Assembly (NCBI GenBank): GCA_020137815.1
Contig: CM035356.1
Span: forward strand, 7,068,001-7,132,000
DNA length: 64,000 nucleotides
Direction of reading: 5' to 3'
From: Hormiphora californensis
Taxonomy: Eukaryota; Animalia; Ctenophora
Shown here: positions 24,549 through 38,100 of the stretch, piece by piece
Layout: the number at the start of each line of letters is the position of its first letter
Numbering within the stretch: the stretch's first letter is position 1
The notes under the pieces: model-generated
Databases searched by the model: none
What the model was told of the DNA's origin: nothing
What the model saw: the letters and a program-made list of their open reading frames with translations, nothing else
Program-made: the position numbers and the translations under genes

Positions 24549-25558
24549 GACCAGTCATATGATGCATGATAGGGAACATAATTGATCTAAATGTCATTCA
24601 ACTTCTAGGGCACTCCAATAGGTCCCTAGAACCACCAAAAAAATTTGTCACTCTTCATCAAATGAATAAATGTGGTTTTTGGGCCACGCCCTTATACCTG
24701 TATTTTCAGTCATGTGGTCAAAACTGAAAACCATCTTAGGAAACGAGTAGAGAAGAAATCAAGGGCACTAAAGTGTGTAGCGTCCTCGCATTAGTGGGGG
24801 TAGGTGCCGGAATTAAGTCTCTATCTCATCTAGTTAATTAGATAATTGGATAATTAGGTATGCGCATAACCGTTTTTTGGCTATATGGCTATAGCCACTT
24901 ATAAATGGTTTAGAGACTTTTCACTGGTGCCATTTTGTAGGCAATGGCCAAGTTATGGGGGGTCGACGTCGGACTTTTAAGCTCTATCTTCAACCGTTTA
25001 GCCGTTATTTGGCTTTTAAGGTGCTGAAAATGAGCAAAAAACGGGCTTTTTCCCGTTTTTTACTCATTTTCAGCACCTTTGAATCGAAATAACGGCTAAA
25101 CAGTTGGAGATAGAGCTTAAAAGTCCGACGTCGACCCCCCATAACTTGACCATTGCCTACAAAATGGCACCAGTGAAAAGTCTCTAAACCATTTATAAGT
25201 GGCTATAGCCATATAGCCAAAAAACGGTTATGCGCATACCTAATTATCCAATTATCTAATTAACCAGATGAGATAGAGACTTAATTCCGGCACCTACCCC
25301 CACTAATGCGAGGACGCTACACACTTTGGTGCCCTTGATTTCTTCTCTACTCGTTTCCTAAGATGGTTTTCAGTTTTGACCACATGACTGAAAATACAAG
25401 TATAAGGGCGTGGCCCAAAAACCACATTTATTCATTTGATGAAGAGTGACAATTTTTTTTGGTGGTTCTAGGGACCTATTGGAGTGCCCTAGAAGTGGAA
25501 TGACATTTAGATCAATTATGTTTTTTTTCGGTCCAAAACCGACATCATATGACTGGTC
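24549..25558. mobile_element. ~1-kb foldback element, near-perfect palindrome, TA TSD
   Basis: TIR GACCAGTCATATGATG; arms ~24575-25045 and ~25055-25520 are reverse complements with few mismatches. Confidence 0.88.
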
Positions 25559-26411
25559 TATATACTCAGTAAACTGAAATAGAAAGTCTGTAACTAACGC
25601 TAATTCTTTGTACTGTTGTTTCACTTACAATGTCCATCATGAGACTGATCCTCTTGGTACTTCGTCTGCGGTAGGGCACGACCTGTTCCGATGAGGTGGA
25701 ATACCGTGGCATCTCACTGCTTCTCCTTTTCATTGAATCCGCCATACGTTACAAGAACTAAATAGATAACACTGATAACATAAGTAAACTCCTTCATTGA
25801 AAGTGGAAACTATCAAAACAGCAATTAATCAACACAAGGTAAATTCAAATGACATCAAAAGATTCTTCTCCGATTGTAGACATAATAATATGTTCCAGCA
25901 CGAGTTGCAGAAGAAACAAACTAAGATGATCAGTTGCGGATTATTCATAAGTAGATTAGATTGCACCCACAAATTGCAGTTGTTTCAGAAATGTGATACT
26001 CAATATACAGAATTGTTGTCAGGGCCCGTTGAATCGCCATGACAACTGAACAACAGATCTGATGTTATAATTGGCTTTGTTAAACACCCAGGGTCTAGGA
26101 CTGACAGAAAATTGATCCTTGTAACTAGAGGAACGTGGGATTCGACCATCTGGTGTCGAGACCTTTCTTGGCTCACAGATCTAGTAATCGTGAAAAAGGG
26201 AAGTCTGCCTTCAAGACAGTGCGTTGTTTAGGTGCCTAATATTATAGATTTCAAATTTAGAAAAGAGTAAAACACTTGATTCATCATGGTGTGTGGAAAT
26301 GTCATTGAATATAATATATATGAATATTTAACAGAGAAAAGTAAATGTAATACATATTTCAAAATTGAACTTCAAATAGCAAAACACAGCTCAAGTGTCT
26401 TCCTCTACTAC

Positions 26412-26520
26412 CAGGAACCGACCGAAACAAGTAAACAACCAATCAGAACTCGTTATTTAGGTCACGTGACTGGTTATCAGCCAATCAGGGACCAGTGTTT
26501 CTTGCTTCGGTCGGTTCCTG
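26412..26520. mobile_element. hAT-like MITE, copy 3 (annexin 3' UTR region)
   Basis: Same TIRs as copies 1 and 2; TSD TCTACTAC / TCTGCTAC (7 of 8 match). Confidence 0.88.
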
Positions 26521-26539
26521 TCTGCTACCATGCTGCGAG

Positions 26540-26712
26540 TTATCCAACAATAAGGAGAAGAAGAGTTCTGAAGTCTCCGGATGTGTCCTCCTGTAGGGAG
26601 TTTTCAGATCAGATAATCGACCTAACTTTGTTCCAACCATATAGCTTTTTGGTTATATCTCTCTCTGTCTCTCTAAAGCTACTGGTTCTCTCTATCGCTC
26701 TTTCTCTCTCTA

Positions 26713-26771
<59 letters not shown>

Positions 26772-29700
26772 CTTCTCTGTCTCCCTCTGTCTCTCCATTT
26801 TCTCAGCTAACTCATGCTCATTTCAGAGGCTGAAATCTATGCCAAATTGCACATTTTTTTCCTCTCTCTCTCTCTTTATTCTAATATTTATCAACACTGA
26901 CCTTGATGAATTCTGGGAGAGATTTGGCGTAAAGACTTTGGAAGGCACCACACTGATTATACCAGAAATCTACGACTCGCCAACAACAATCCTAATTAGC
27001 TGGTTCATCGTCGTTCCAAAGCCCATGAATTAGAAAGGGTTTATAATTACATAAAAAGGAGGATATCACTGACTTGATGGAATCGCGAGAGATGGCGTTT
27101 AAAGAGAACCCGGCTACATACATAAACAGGGAGGAATCAAAGTGCTCAATTAGGAAAACCCCCGAGACCAGGAGTAGTTTAAATTGCTCAGTTTCACTTT
27201 TCGATAAATTATTTATCGAAAAGTGAAACTGTACAATTTAAATAGGTTTACCTTGATAGTGATGTTGATGGAAAACCAATAATTGGTGTGTAACATACCT
27301 TCATCGATTTGTAGAGTTCCTCCGCAAAGTATGTCGGACAGTTCTTGATCTTCTTCACTGAAACAAGAATGTTGATTAAAGGTTGACAAGATACCTAAAC
27401 CTAAGATAGAAGAAACGTTTTAGGTATCTTGTCAACCTTTAAACTTATTTAGTACAATTATGCCATGAAATCCAAAATACTGAAGAAGATTTATATGATC
27501 AATTGACATTGTCATATTTTTTTGCCCAGCTTCCGACCCCTCACCCAACGTGTTGCTCAATAGCAGAATGAAAGGTAAAAGAGCAAGGCAACAACAGAAA
27601 ACTACACACATACCGACTGAGAGGAAACCGAGCTCAATATCACCAGTCATTTCTGTTTTAATTGACTTCTCAATGTCTTCACTGGCAATCTGAAACAGAC
27701 TTCGTTGGAGAGTTTAAAGAAACAAACCACCCCACTGCACTGTCACAGAGGGGGGAGGGGAGAGGAAGAATTCGTATTAAAGCTAGCTTTAGCTATGGCA
27801 CTGTATTCTTCGATTTCCTTCACATGTTCCATTATGTTGCTTCTAGCGCTCTTTGCCCTTTCTGCTGCATGTGTAACCCGTACAAAGAAAACCATCAGGG
27901 GAAATTCTAGCTGAATGGATGTATTATACAACAATGATGGTTGGATAGAAAAGTTGACTCCAGATGCTGTGCAAACTGCAAGAGTAGCCGAAGCAAGATC
28001 GATCAGCTCAATGCCACCACCCACACAGCGAACAGTTTCCAATGTCCCTTCTTTATCATGGAGAAGGAGAGATTGATGAGTAGAACAGCCGGAGCTGAGA
28101 TGTTAAAAAACGAGTACAGTCGGAAGGCACGAGACTTCTTGGAAAGAAGGAGAACTCACTAAGAGTTGGAACATTGAACTGCAACTCCCTTGTCAATAAG
28201 ACTGCTGGTGTATTGGAACACCTTGAGGACCAGCTTGTTGATATCTGTCTTCTTCAAGAGACCTACCTGAGGAAAGGTGACAATGCTAAACATCATGAGA
28301 TAAAGGAAAGAGGATGGGAAATCCACTCGGCACCGAGGAAGCAGAGGATTGGTGGTGGAGTAGCAGTGGTATACAGAGCGGACCTGGGTGTTAAATCTGG
28401 ACCTACCAAGTGTTTCAAGACCTTTGAGTGTACAGAGACTACTATTGGAAATGCTAGTGAGATGTACCGGCTAGTAAACATCTATAGGCCACCGTACTCG
28501 AAGAAGGCACCTCATACCCAGAGCCACTTCCTGGATGAATTCAAGGGATACCTTGAGGAACTAAACTGTAAAGTCGGGACACCATTAATCATGGGAGACT
28601 TCAACTTTCACATGGAAAGGCCTGATGAATTTTATCCAAAAAAGCTACAGGAGATGATCGAGGAGTTTGACTTCAAACAGATGGTTCCCTTGATATCAAC
28701 ACACAGACATGGAGGTACTCTGGACCTAGCCCTGATGGATGCTACAGTAGCAGATTGTCTTGAACCAGTTAGGATCTTGGAGGAGGGAACTACTTCAGAC
28801 CACCATCTTGTTACAGTGGACCTACAACTGACTGCGAGGATCAGTAAGAGGAAACGGCCGGAGACAATTTGGTATCGGGACTTCTCGAAGGTGGATGTGG
28901 ATAGTTTTAATGAGGATCTAAAGGCCAGTGGACTGTTTACCTCACCTGCTGATGAAGAGGATGTTGATAGCCTTGTTGAGAAGTTATATGGAACGTTGCT
29001 AGCCCTGGTTGATAAGCACTGTCCAATGAAGAAGAAGAAGGAAGAAAGAGAAGTATACACCATGGATGGATGAAGAGCTGCTAACCCTCCGGAGGAAGAA
29101 GCGGCGTGCTGAGAGAAAGTGGAGAAAGGACAAGACAAAAGAGAAGCCGCAGCTAAGGGCCATGTATGTGGAACTAAGGTCAGCTTTCAACAAGATGGAG
29201 GTCAAAAAACGGTCAGAATACACCAGAAGAAATATTGAACTCTGTGGACGCGATCAAAAGAGGCTCAACCAACAACTGAGCAAGCTACTGGGTAACTCCA
29301 ATGTTGTCCTCCCAGATATGGTCAACCCGGAGAAACTAGCAACTGAGTTTGGAGAGTTTTTCAAGTCTAAGATTGATAAACTACAGAAGAAGATTGGTGA
29401 CAAGATTGAAGAGTTGGGTGAAAAGAAATCAACGGAGTCCGGTGCTTCTGAAGGAGAGACAGAAAGATTTGAGACGTTCAGTCTTATGACTGAAGATGAA
29501 GTGGCAAGCCTTGTAAAGAGCCTGCCGGATAAGTTCTGTGACTTGGACCCTATCCCGACCTCTCTGCTGAAGCAGCTTCTCCCTACTCTACTACCAGTGC
29601 TTACCAAAATCGTGAACACTTCTTTGCAGAGTGGTGTATTCCCGTCAGGACTGAAAGAGGCTATTGTGAGGCCCACAATCAAGAATACATCTGGAGATGT

Positions 29701-32700
29701 GGACTCTCTTGCGAACTACAGACCAGTCTCGAATCTCAGTGTTCTGTCCAAGCTGGCGGAGAAAGCTGTTAATATACAGCTAAATGAACATTTGGAGAAA
29801 AATGACCTGCGAGGTGAATGCCAATCTGGTTTTCGCCCCAACCACAGTTGTGAGACACATATGGTGCGAGTCGTTGATGATGTCCTTGGGGAAATGGACA
29901 GCGGAAATGTTGTGGCAGTCGTTCAAATTGATCTTTCTGCTGCATTTGATACCATTGACCACCCTCAGCTTTTGAAGAGACTGGAGAAGCGGTTTGGAAT
30001 TGGATCAACGGTACTCGAATGGTTCACTAGCTATCTCAATGACAGGAGCTATAAAGTTAAAATTGGAGATGCCCTCTCACCTAGGCTCTTTCTCAAATAT
30101 GGAGTACCCCAAGGCTCTCTCCTTGGTCCTGTCCTCTTTGCCCTGTATGTGGAACCACTAGAACCTATTGTAAAGAAGTATGGACTCACAATACGACTTT
30201 ATGCAGATGATAGCACTATATACATCGGATTCTGCCCTGTGGAAGGCTGGACAGGTTCAAAGGAGACTATTGAGAAATGTTTGGAGGAGGTAAGAACGTG
30301 GATGATTGAAAACAGACTGATGGTTAATGAGGATAAAACTGAGTTTCTTATCCTGGGAAAGAAGAAGAAGATGGATATTGTACGTGAGGAGAGTGACCTG
30401 GCTCTTGAGCTAAATGGGAACATCATTTCCCCCATGGACATGGCTGGAAAATCGGGAAAGACCCTTGGTGTCTATCTTGATGAACAAATGGATATGAAAC
30501 GTCAAATCTCCATGGTCAAGAGGAATGCTGGAGTTACTATGAGGAACCTCTGGCAGATCCGCCGATTCATTGATAAACCTCTACGTCTGATGCTTGCCTC
30601 CCAGCTGGTCATATCCAAAGTGGACTATTGCAATGCCCTGTATTTCAACCTACCGGCCTCTACCATCAAGCCGCTGAAAGGACTAATGAATCAAGTAATA
30701 AGGTACATCCATGGAGTCAGAGAGAGGAAAGTTGATCTGGACCCCTTCTACCGTGATTCCCATATCCTTACGATTGAGAAGAGGATATTTTTCAAAATCT
30801 GTCTACTAGGGTACAAGATCTATTATGGAAGTGCCCCTCAGTACCTCCAGGATCTAGTGGAACATGATGAAAATACTGCAGTGCAGAAGTCTACTCGTCA
30901 GAGCTGTAAAGTAGACCATTACAAGTTAAAGCTACTTTCTGGAAATGTGAAAGTGAGCAAACTGGGAAAAAGGAGAATATCCCAATATCTCCCCCATGTC
31001 TGGAACAACCTACCGGAGAACCTCAGAGACGCACCTTCAGAGGACTCCTTCCGTATTCGCCTGAAGACCTACCTGTTCGATGCTACTGTTACCTTCTCTG
31101 AAAGACCTTATTTGGTTTTCGACATCAGTCTTTAATAATTTCTTTTCGGTTATTCATTAGTCCCCGTTCTCTCACGGTCACCCCTGCTGCTGTCACATAA
31201 TTCTTTATAATCTAAGATACTATTCAGTTTATCATTTTTGTTATTATTTTTTCTGATTATACTTGTCACCCACAGTCACCAAGTGTTGAGAGTTAATAAA
31301 GTCTACTATATATGTCAGTTATAAGTCACCAGTATGAGTTACCATTTACGACCTTTTGTCAACCAATATGTCAAGATAGGATGAGAGAACCGCTATGAAT
31401 GGCAATTGCTCTTCGATCCAATCGAGAGTACTTGTCTATTTAGTCGGTATATAAATCCATTTTGTTGTTGTTGTTGTTGTTGTTCATAATTGCCAAAAAT
31501 CTAGCTGGATGGAAGCTTCATCACTGAGAACACGCCATGATTTGCCCCATTCCGCTCACATAAGAGGCTTTTATGTAATGCACGATGACAGATACACAAC
31601 CATGGTAGTGCGAGTTTCCCCTAAGCAGTAAGCAGGACTCTGTCATTGCTGAACAAACATAGTTGAAAAGGTGTGAGGTGGAAGTGGGAGTGGACAGAAA
31701 CAGAGTTGGAAAAGTTGCTGGAGGTAGTATAGCATTTAAATATAGTATTTTGTCTTTTCTCGGTCTCAAAAGATCTAGGTTATAGCGTACCAAAGTTCGT
31801 TAAACAAATAAATAAACCGGCTCCTTTCAGGTATCATTTTGCCATCTAGGACACATTACAAAGTGATATTTTATATTGCACTAAAGATTGAGGGTTCGAT
31901 TTACTTATGTAGCAGAATTATTTACTTATCCTAGATAGAGGAATTTCATAACAATAATTGGATTAAAGAACTCTGATAGCTATTATATAGAACAAAGATT
32001 CAGCTTACTAATATAAAATGTTACTGCTTTGTTTGCTTTGCCATCTCCTCTCTCCTGGCGAGGGCTTACGACTGTCCACGACTGCAAAATCCGCGGACAT
32101 CAAAGCCCAGATCGAGAATGCTAACAGTGTCAGTGAGGCTTACAACCTTTATTTGGCTGCATACAATGATGTCGAGGATCCTGGACTACGGGCAAGTCCC
32201 CTCAAAGCGGCGATGAGACAGCGGGCCTTTGTGAAAAACTACAACATCATAAAAGATCACAACAAATATAACTCCGGATATAAAATGGGAGTTAATTCCT
32301 TCACGATGATGACCAAAGATGAGCGGTCAATGTTCCTAGGGGCAAGGATGAATTCCAGTAGTCGAGTGAGCGCTCGATGGCACGAGAATGACTGCTCAGG
32401 GTTTGAGCTCAGCCGGTCTTGGAGCACCCGCTGCAGGGACTTGGAGGTCATTTGTGACAGCCGTCAAAAGTCAAGGTGAGAGTTTTAGCAACTCTGTTGC
32501 TATGGCAACTGAAATTTCCGAGTCCTAATTTCTTAAACATTTCAGGTGAATGTGGTAAGCTGTTGGGCTTTTGCAGCCACGGTACCTCTGGAATTCATAT
32601 ACAGGGTTGCCACTGGTTACCAGAAACAGCTTGCAGAACAGCTCTATCTTGATTGTACCTACGAAAAAGAGTCTGGAAGAGACGGCTGCAATGGGGGTGA

Positions 32701-35103
32701 TTCTGGTACTGTTTGGGAGTGAGTAATCATTTAGTGATTGATGTTATAACCTCTTATCCTGGCTTTCCGGGTTTATTTCCCCTTATACCTTATTTTCTTA
32801 AACAGTTGGGTCAAACAACATAATAACTACGCTTGGGCCGCTAGTAGTATTCAGTATACAGGTAAGAGAAACATGAAATATGAATCCCAGTTGATTCGCT
32901 GTATTTTCAATGTTCAATTTACAAAGTTGTTGTTATTCTAATCTTACATTTCTACCTTAAAAATTGACCGTCTCTGTGTTTAGGTACGGACCGATACTGC
33001 AGCTACACGTCCTACGGGAACGTGTTCCAGGGAGAAGTAGAGATTGCAGAGGTCAAGTGGTTCTATGAGACGAGTGTGAGCGTACAGGATTCCTCAATGG
33101 TAGCAGCTCTTCAGGATGGTCCCATTGTAAACTACTTCGAAGTGGAAAACGATTTCTATTCCTACAGGTGGGTGCATTCAGATTCGGATACCGGAGGCCA
33201 GGAGCTGGTCTCAGGGATTCAAGTAGGCGATACAATGTAAAACACCGAAGTCAGTATATTGATCCTCCCTTTCTGCAGTTCAGGTCATTATGACGGGTGT
33301 TGGACGGGGCAAAATAACGGATGGCATGCAGTCTCTACGGTTGGCTATGACCAGTACGCTTGGGAAGTGAAGAACTCGTGGGGGACCGACTGGGGGGACA
33401 ATGGGTACATTTACTTTAAACGTGGCAGGAGCATCTGTCATTTTACTGATTCTGCATATTGGCTGATTGGAAAGGATCTAAATAATGATGATGATTATAA
33501 TCCTGACCCTGACCCTGAACCTGAGCCTGAACCTGAAGATTGTGATGATAGTGAACAGTACCGCGAGAACTGTCCCTCGTGGATCAGTTACTGTCACTCT
33601 GGAGACTCCATAGGGTTTATGAAGGAGTACTGCTTGAGAACCTGTGGATACTGCAAGGAAGACAGGGAGGATGATCCGAACTGTGTTAACAAGATGCCAG
33701 GATGTGCTGCACGGGCAGCCGCTGGGAGATGTGAGAGTGAGGCGGCAATCATGTTGGTGAACTGTAAGAAAAGTTGCAACGCTTGTGGAAATAATGATGG
33801 TGATGATCAAGGAAAGTTCTTGAGGGCATCTAGAGTTTCAATGACTTCCCAGTATTACGATAATGTTGGTGAGTTTTTTTGCATTTAACTTCAAATTATA
33901 TTGAGCCCCCACTGAACCATTAGACAGCGGCCACCCGGCGTAAACTAACTTCAAACATTATAACTTAAAACAACGCATGATTTCAGCTGAGTATGCGGTA
34001 GACGGAGACCTAAACACTGCAAGCCATACTGAGTGTAGTGGTCAATATCAGTGGTTCAAATACTATTTCGGTCGAGAGTACAAGATTGGAAAAATTAAAG
34101 TAATCAACGGGAAATTTAACGGTAACAGGTATAATTGATTTATACTCTTAGCCTCTGTCAAGAAGATATTCACGCTGTTCAAAGAGTAAATTTTGAAGGA
34201 GCCGCTTTACTAATTAGTAATTACACAACTATTTACTAACTACTATTTCCAGGGTTCGATTGGATGGGGTGGTAGTGTACGCTATGAAGGACGATAGATC
34301 GATGGCATCGTGCACTGTTAACACCATCCACGTGCGGGACGGAGAATCAGTGGAGAGTCAGACGTACTGGTTGGATTGTGGAGGTGAAACTGGAATAGGA
34401 GTTTGGTTCTACCAGGGAACCGAGAATTGTCTCGAGTTCACCGAGATTAAAGTATACAGTGGGTAGACAGTGAGAATATAACGAATAGTTTCCGACTCTA
34501 AAGCAATCCATATCGAACCACGAAACTTAGTTCAAACTAAAAAAGTTTTCGTATTCAGATTCATTTTTCTCTGTACTGAGCCTGAAGATTTTAATGTGAA
34601 ATAAAATTGTCTTCTTGTAAATAAATGGGTATTTTGAGAACGGGAGAGCTATTCTCTATTAGACAAGTTATCTAAGTTTTCACAGTACACCGTTTCCGGT
34701 GGTTAAAGTGTACTGTGAAATTTTAGACCACTGCAAAAACACTAGTAATTATAAAGTAAAATACCGCTGCAGTGGTATGTGAAAAATTAAACACTTTCTA
34801 GTCACACGCACACAGTGTGAACATTACGTCACTACACAGTACACACGCCCTAACTACTGCACACGCAACAGCACACGCTTATCTTTTCTTTCCCTCTGCG
34901 ACATGTTGCAACTCTTCTAGGTCACGTGATCGTCACACACGCCCTAACCCTTATCTTTTCTTCCCCTCTGCAACTATAGGTCACGTGATCGTCACGTGAT
35001 GGCACCACCCCAATGAGCGGCCTGCATCTGCTTTCCCTCTCTGCCTTCGATTCTCTCTTTCCCTATCTCTCTCTCACACACATTATCTTTCTCTTTCTCT
35101 CTT

Positions 35104-35153
<50 letters not shown>

Positions 35154-38100
35154 ACTCACTCGCTCAATCTTTATCTCGTTCACTCAGTTTGTTTCCAAAA
35201 TCATCTAATAAAATTAGATGACTGCTTTTACATGCTCTATTACACAACAATAATGTTAAAGATTCTTTCACTTTTAGGCCTCGCAGGCTCGGCCCAAAAG
35301 TACAACTACAGAGCTCGCAGGCTCGCTCAGTAGTTACACTTAGCGTGCCTCGCAGGCTCGGCAGCTAAGTAAAAGGATCTACCTCGACCTGTCGGTCTCG
35401 GTTCATTATTGTTGTATTTAGAACACTCGGCCTTCGGCCTCGTGCACTAAAAAGTAATAGACCATTTTAACCAGTCATCTAATCATATACTACCTCCAAC
35501 ATTGGACAATATAGCACTTGTGGCCCAATTTTGTTTCTGTCCACCCTCACTTTAAGCTCTCAGTGGAAGTTTTCCTGATCCATTAGTTAGTATTCTCTAA
35601 AGTATTTCTCCAAAGCAGAACAATAAGCCAGAGGAGCTGAGAGATGGTTGGTAGAAACTTCCTTGGACTAGCCCTTGAGCGCATATATTTACACGGAGCC
35701 GGAGGTTACAATTTTGGGGGGACCTGGTTTTTGGTTTGTTGTTGCTGTTCAGCATTTATAATTGCGTTAGTTACATCTGTTGTTCTCTGCATGGCAAGGT
35801 TGTTTCGTCTCCAGTGGAGTATCTCCTTCAGATCTAGCTCCAATTCATGTCTTACACGCTATAATACAGGGTGGTTCAGAAACATGGAGATAACTAACAT
35901 ATTGTGTAAATACAGTTATATTATACAATATGCTCCATGTTTCTGAACCACCCTGTACAATATAATTTGTATTGTCAACTCTCGAGTTACTGGGTTTCTC
36001 GTTAATTATAACTGGGATCAAACTCTTTTTTTTCTATGATATAAGCCCAGAAGATCGAGAGCTCAATAATACAAAACTTTGCGTGAGCTTTGTTGTCATG
36101 GTAACCATGTTGTTTACAGTTTAACTTACCCTTTTATATTCAGCAAAGACCATCTTGAGATGTCTGTAGCTCCTTGTCACCAAAATAGCGTTAAATCTGA
36201 AATATATCAAGGTTATTCTCTGATTTATTGATCGATTATTCCAACAGGTAGTATTATATATGCCTTATAGTTTCAACTGACAACTATAATTTTGAAAGCA
36301 AAAGCTAAGCGGTTCCAAGTGGCTGATAGCTTTAAAAAGCTATCGATTAATGCTTAGCTAGTAGTTAGCTAATTAGTAGTTAGCTAATTAGTAGTTAGCT
36401 AATTAGTAGTTAGCTAATATTTGCCCTTACTTATCCTCATATCTCTTGGTTAGAAGTTTATTAGGAAACAAACCAGTTGGCATTTCTCGACTAAACGTAA
36501 ACAATATCATGTGAATCGCAAATAGGAGGGTATTATATTGTGAATTATGAATGTCAAATGTGTAAATTAAGATTCAATATCGTGTAAATTGTTTTAAAAA
36601 TGGTATCCAGAAACATATATGTTTATTCGGACCCCAATATACCGAACCCCTGATTTACATTTCCCCCAGGTTCCCACGGTAAATATACAATACTAGCGCA
36701 CCCATTGGGTGCGCCCCAAGTAAGGGCTTTTTGATAACCCACACGGCTTTGCCGTGTGGTTGTTTTTGCCACTTTTAACGGAAATAACACGGTTGCCATG
36801 GCAACTGAAGTGGTAACTATGGGGACTGAATTGTTGAAATTCATTCCAAAATAATAAGAAACTTCCACTGGAAGTTCCAAAACAGCTTAACAGCTTTGAT
36901 CGCATAAAACGTTTTATGAAGGAGCACCCATTCCTACCCGGTTATTATTTGTGGTTTTTGATCTTTGATGTCGATTTTTTCAAAAACCCTACTTGGGATT
37001 AGACTAATTCTTTTTCTAATCGACTAAGCTAATCCTGAGCTTTCGAAAACACACCCTATTGATATTGATCGGATGAAAAAACTTCGACGCGACATCTCCA
37101 AATTATAATAGAGATTATTATTCTTACTTTGACTCATCTGTTCCAAATCGGTTGATTCCTGCATTAAAAAGTTCCTGAAATGAACGAATTTAAATAATTT
37201 GATTATTTATCGAGTCATGAACTGTTAGATATATCTCGAAGTGAATTATCGAGTTCAAATACATCTCATCAAAAACCGTTTAAACTTAGCAAAAAGCAAA
37301 TCGAGGATCTTTTAATTATTACCTCTGCATCCTCCTTTGCAAGCTCTATGTCCACCTCCTCTGACTCGTCCCGTTTACCCTGCAATAAACTGACGGCCAA
37401 CTTCTTGAAACTCCCAGAAGTTTCCCCAACAACGTCTCTCTCTACCTCATTTTTAAACACTGAAACAATACAATCGTTCAATTCGATACAAAATACTCAT
37501 CCTTATTGAGCTTCACATTGCAGCAAATAATATACACAAGTATGTACAAACATTTGGCTGTTAAATTTGTTTTATAAAGATAATAGGCAGGTCGGAAGAA
37601 TCTCGACACGCTATTACAGTACTGTAATAACTCACTATTACAGTACTGTAATAGCGAGACCCTGTAATAGCGGCCCCTGTAATAACTCGCTATTACAGTA
37701 CCTATACTGTAATAGCGATGCCCTGTAATAGCGATCAGTTGTTACAGCAGTACCCTCGTATCAGTTCACATTGTAAGCGGTTCCGCCGCTAATGAGGTTT
37801 ACCGAATCGTGAGCAGTACCCCGTTTCGGTTGATATTGTAAACAGTTCCGCCGCTAATGAGCTATAATGAATCGTGAACCGTTACGGATCAGTGTACTCC
37901 GTATCGCTTCACACACCAAACTAGTCCCCTCTCTGTTTCTTTCAGCTATCACTCTATCACTATCTCTATCCCTCTTTCTTTGTGTCTCTGTCTCTGAATC
38001 TCTGTCTCTCTCCTTTCTCACGTTTCACGACCTTGTTTAAATGATGACACGTGATTCGTTAAGATCATGATCAATTGGGGTATGTCAGCATCTCCATTTG

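Noticed and set aside
27743-31520. Similar 18-mers on either side of the LINE (ATTCTAGCTGAATGGATG at ~27905; AATCTAGCTGGATGGAAG at ~31498) as a TSD or an interrupted gene
   Set aside because: They are imperfect, not flush with the LINE ends, and no continuous reading frame emerges after removing the LINE.
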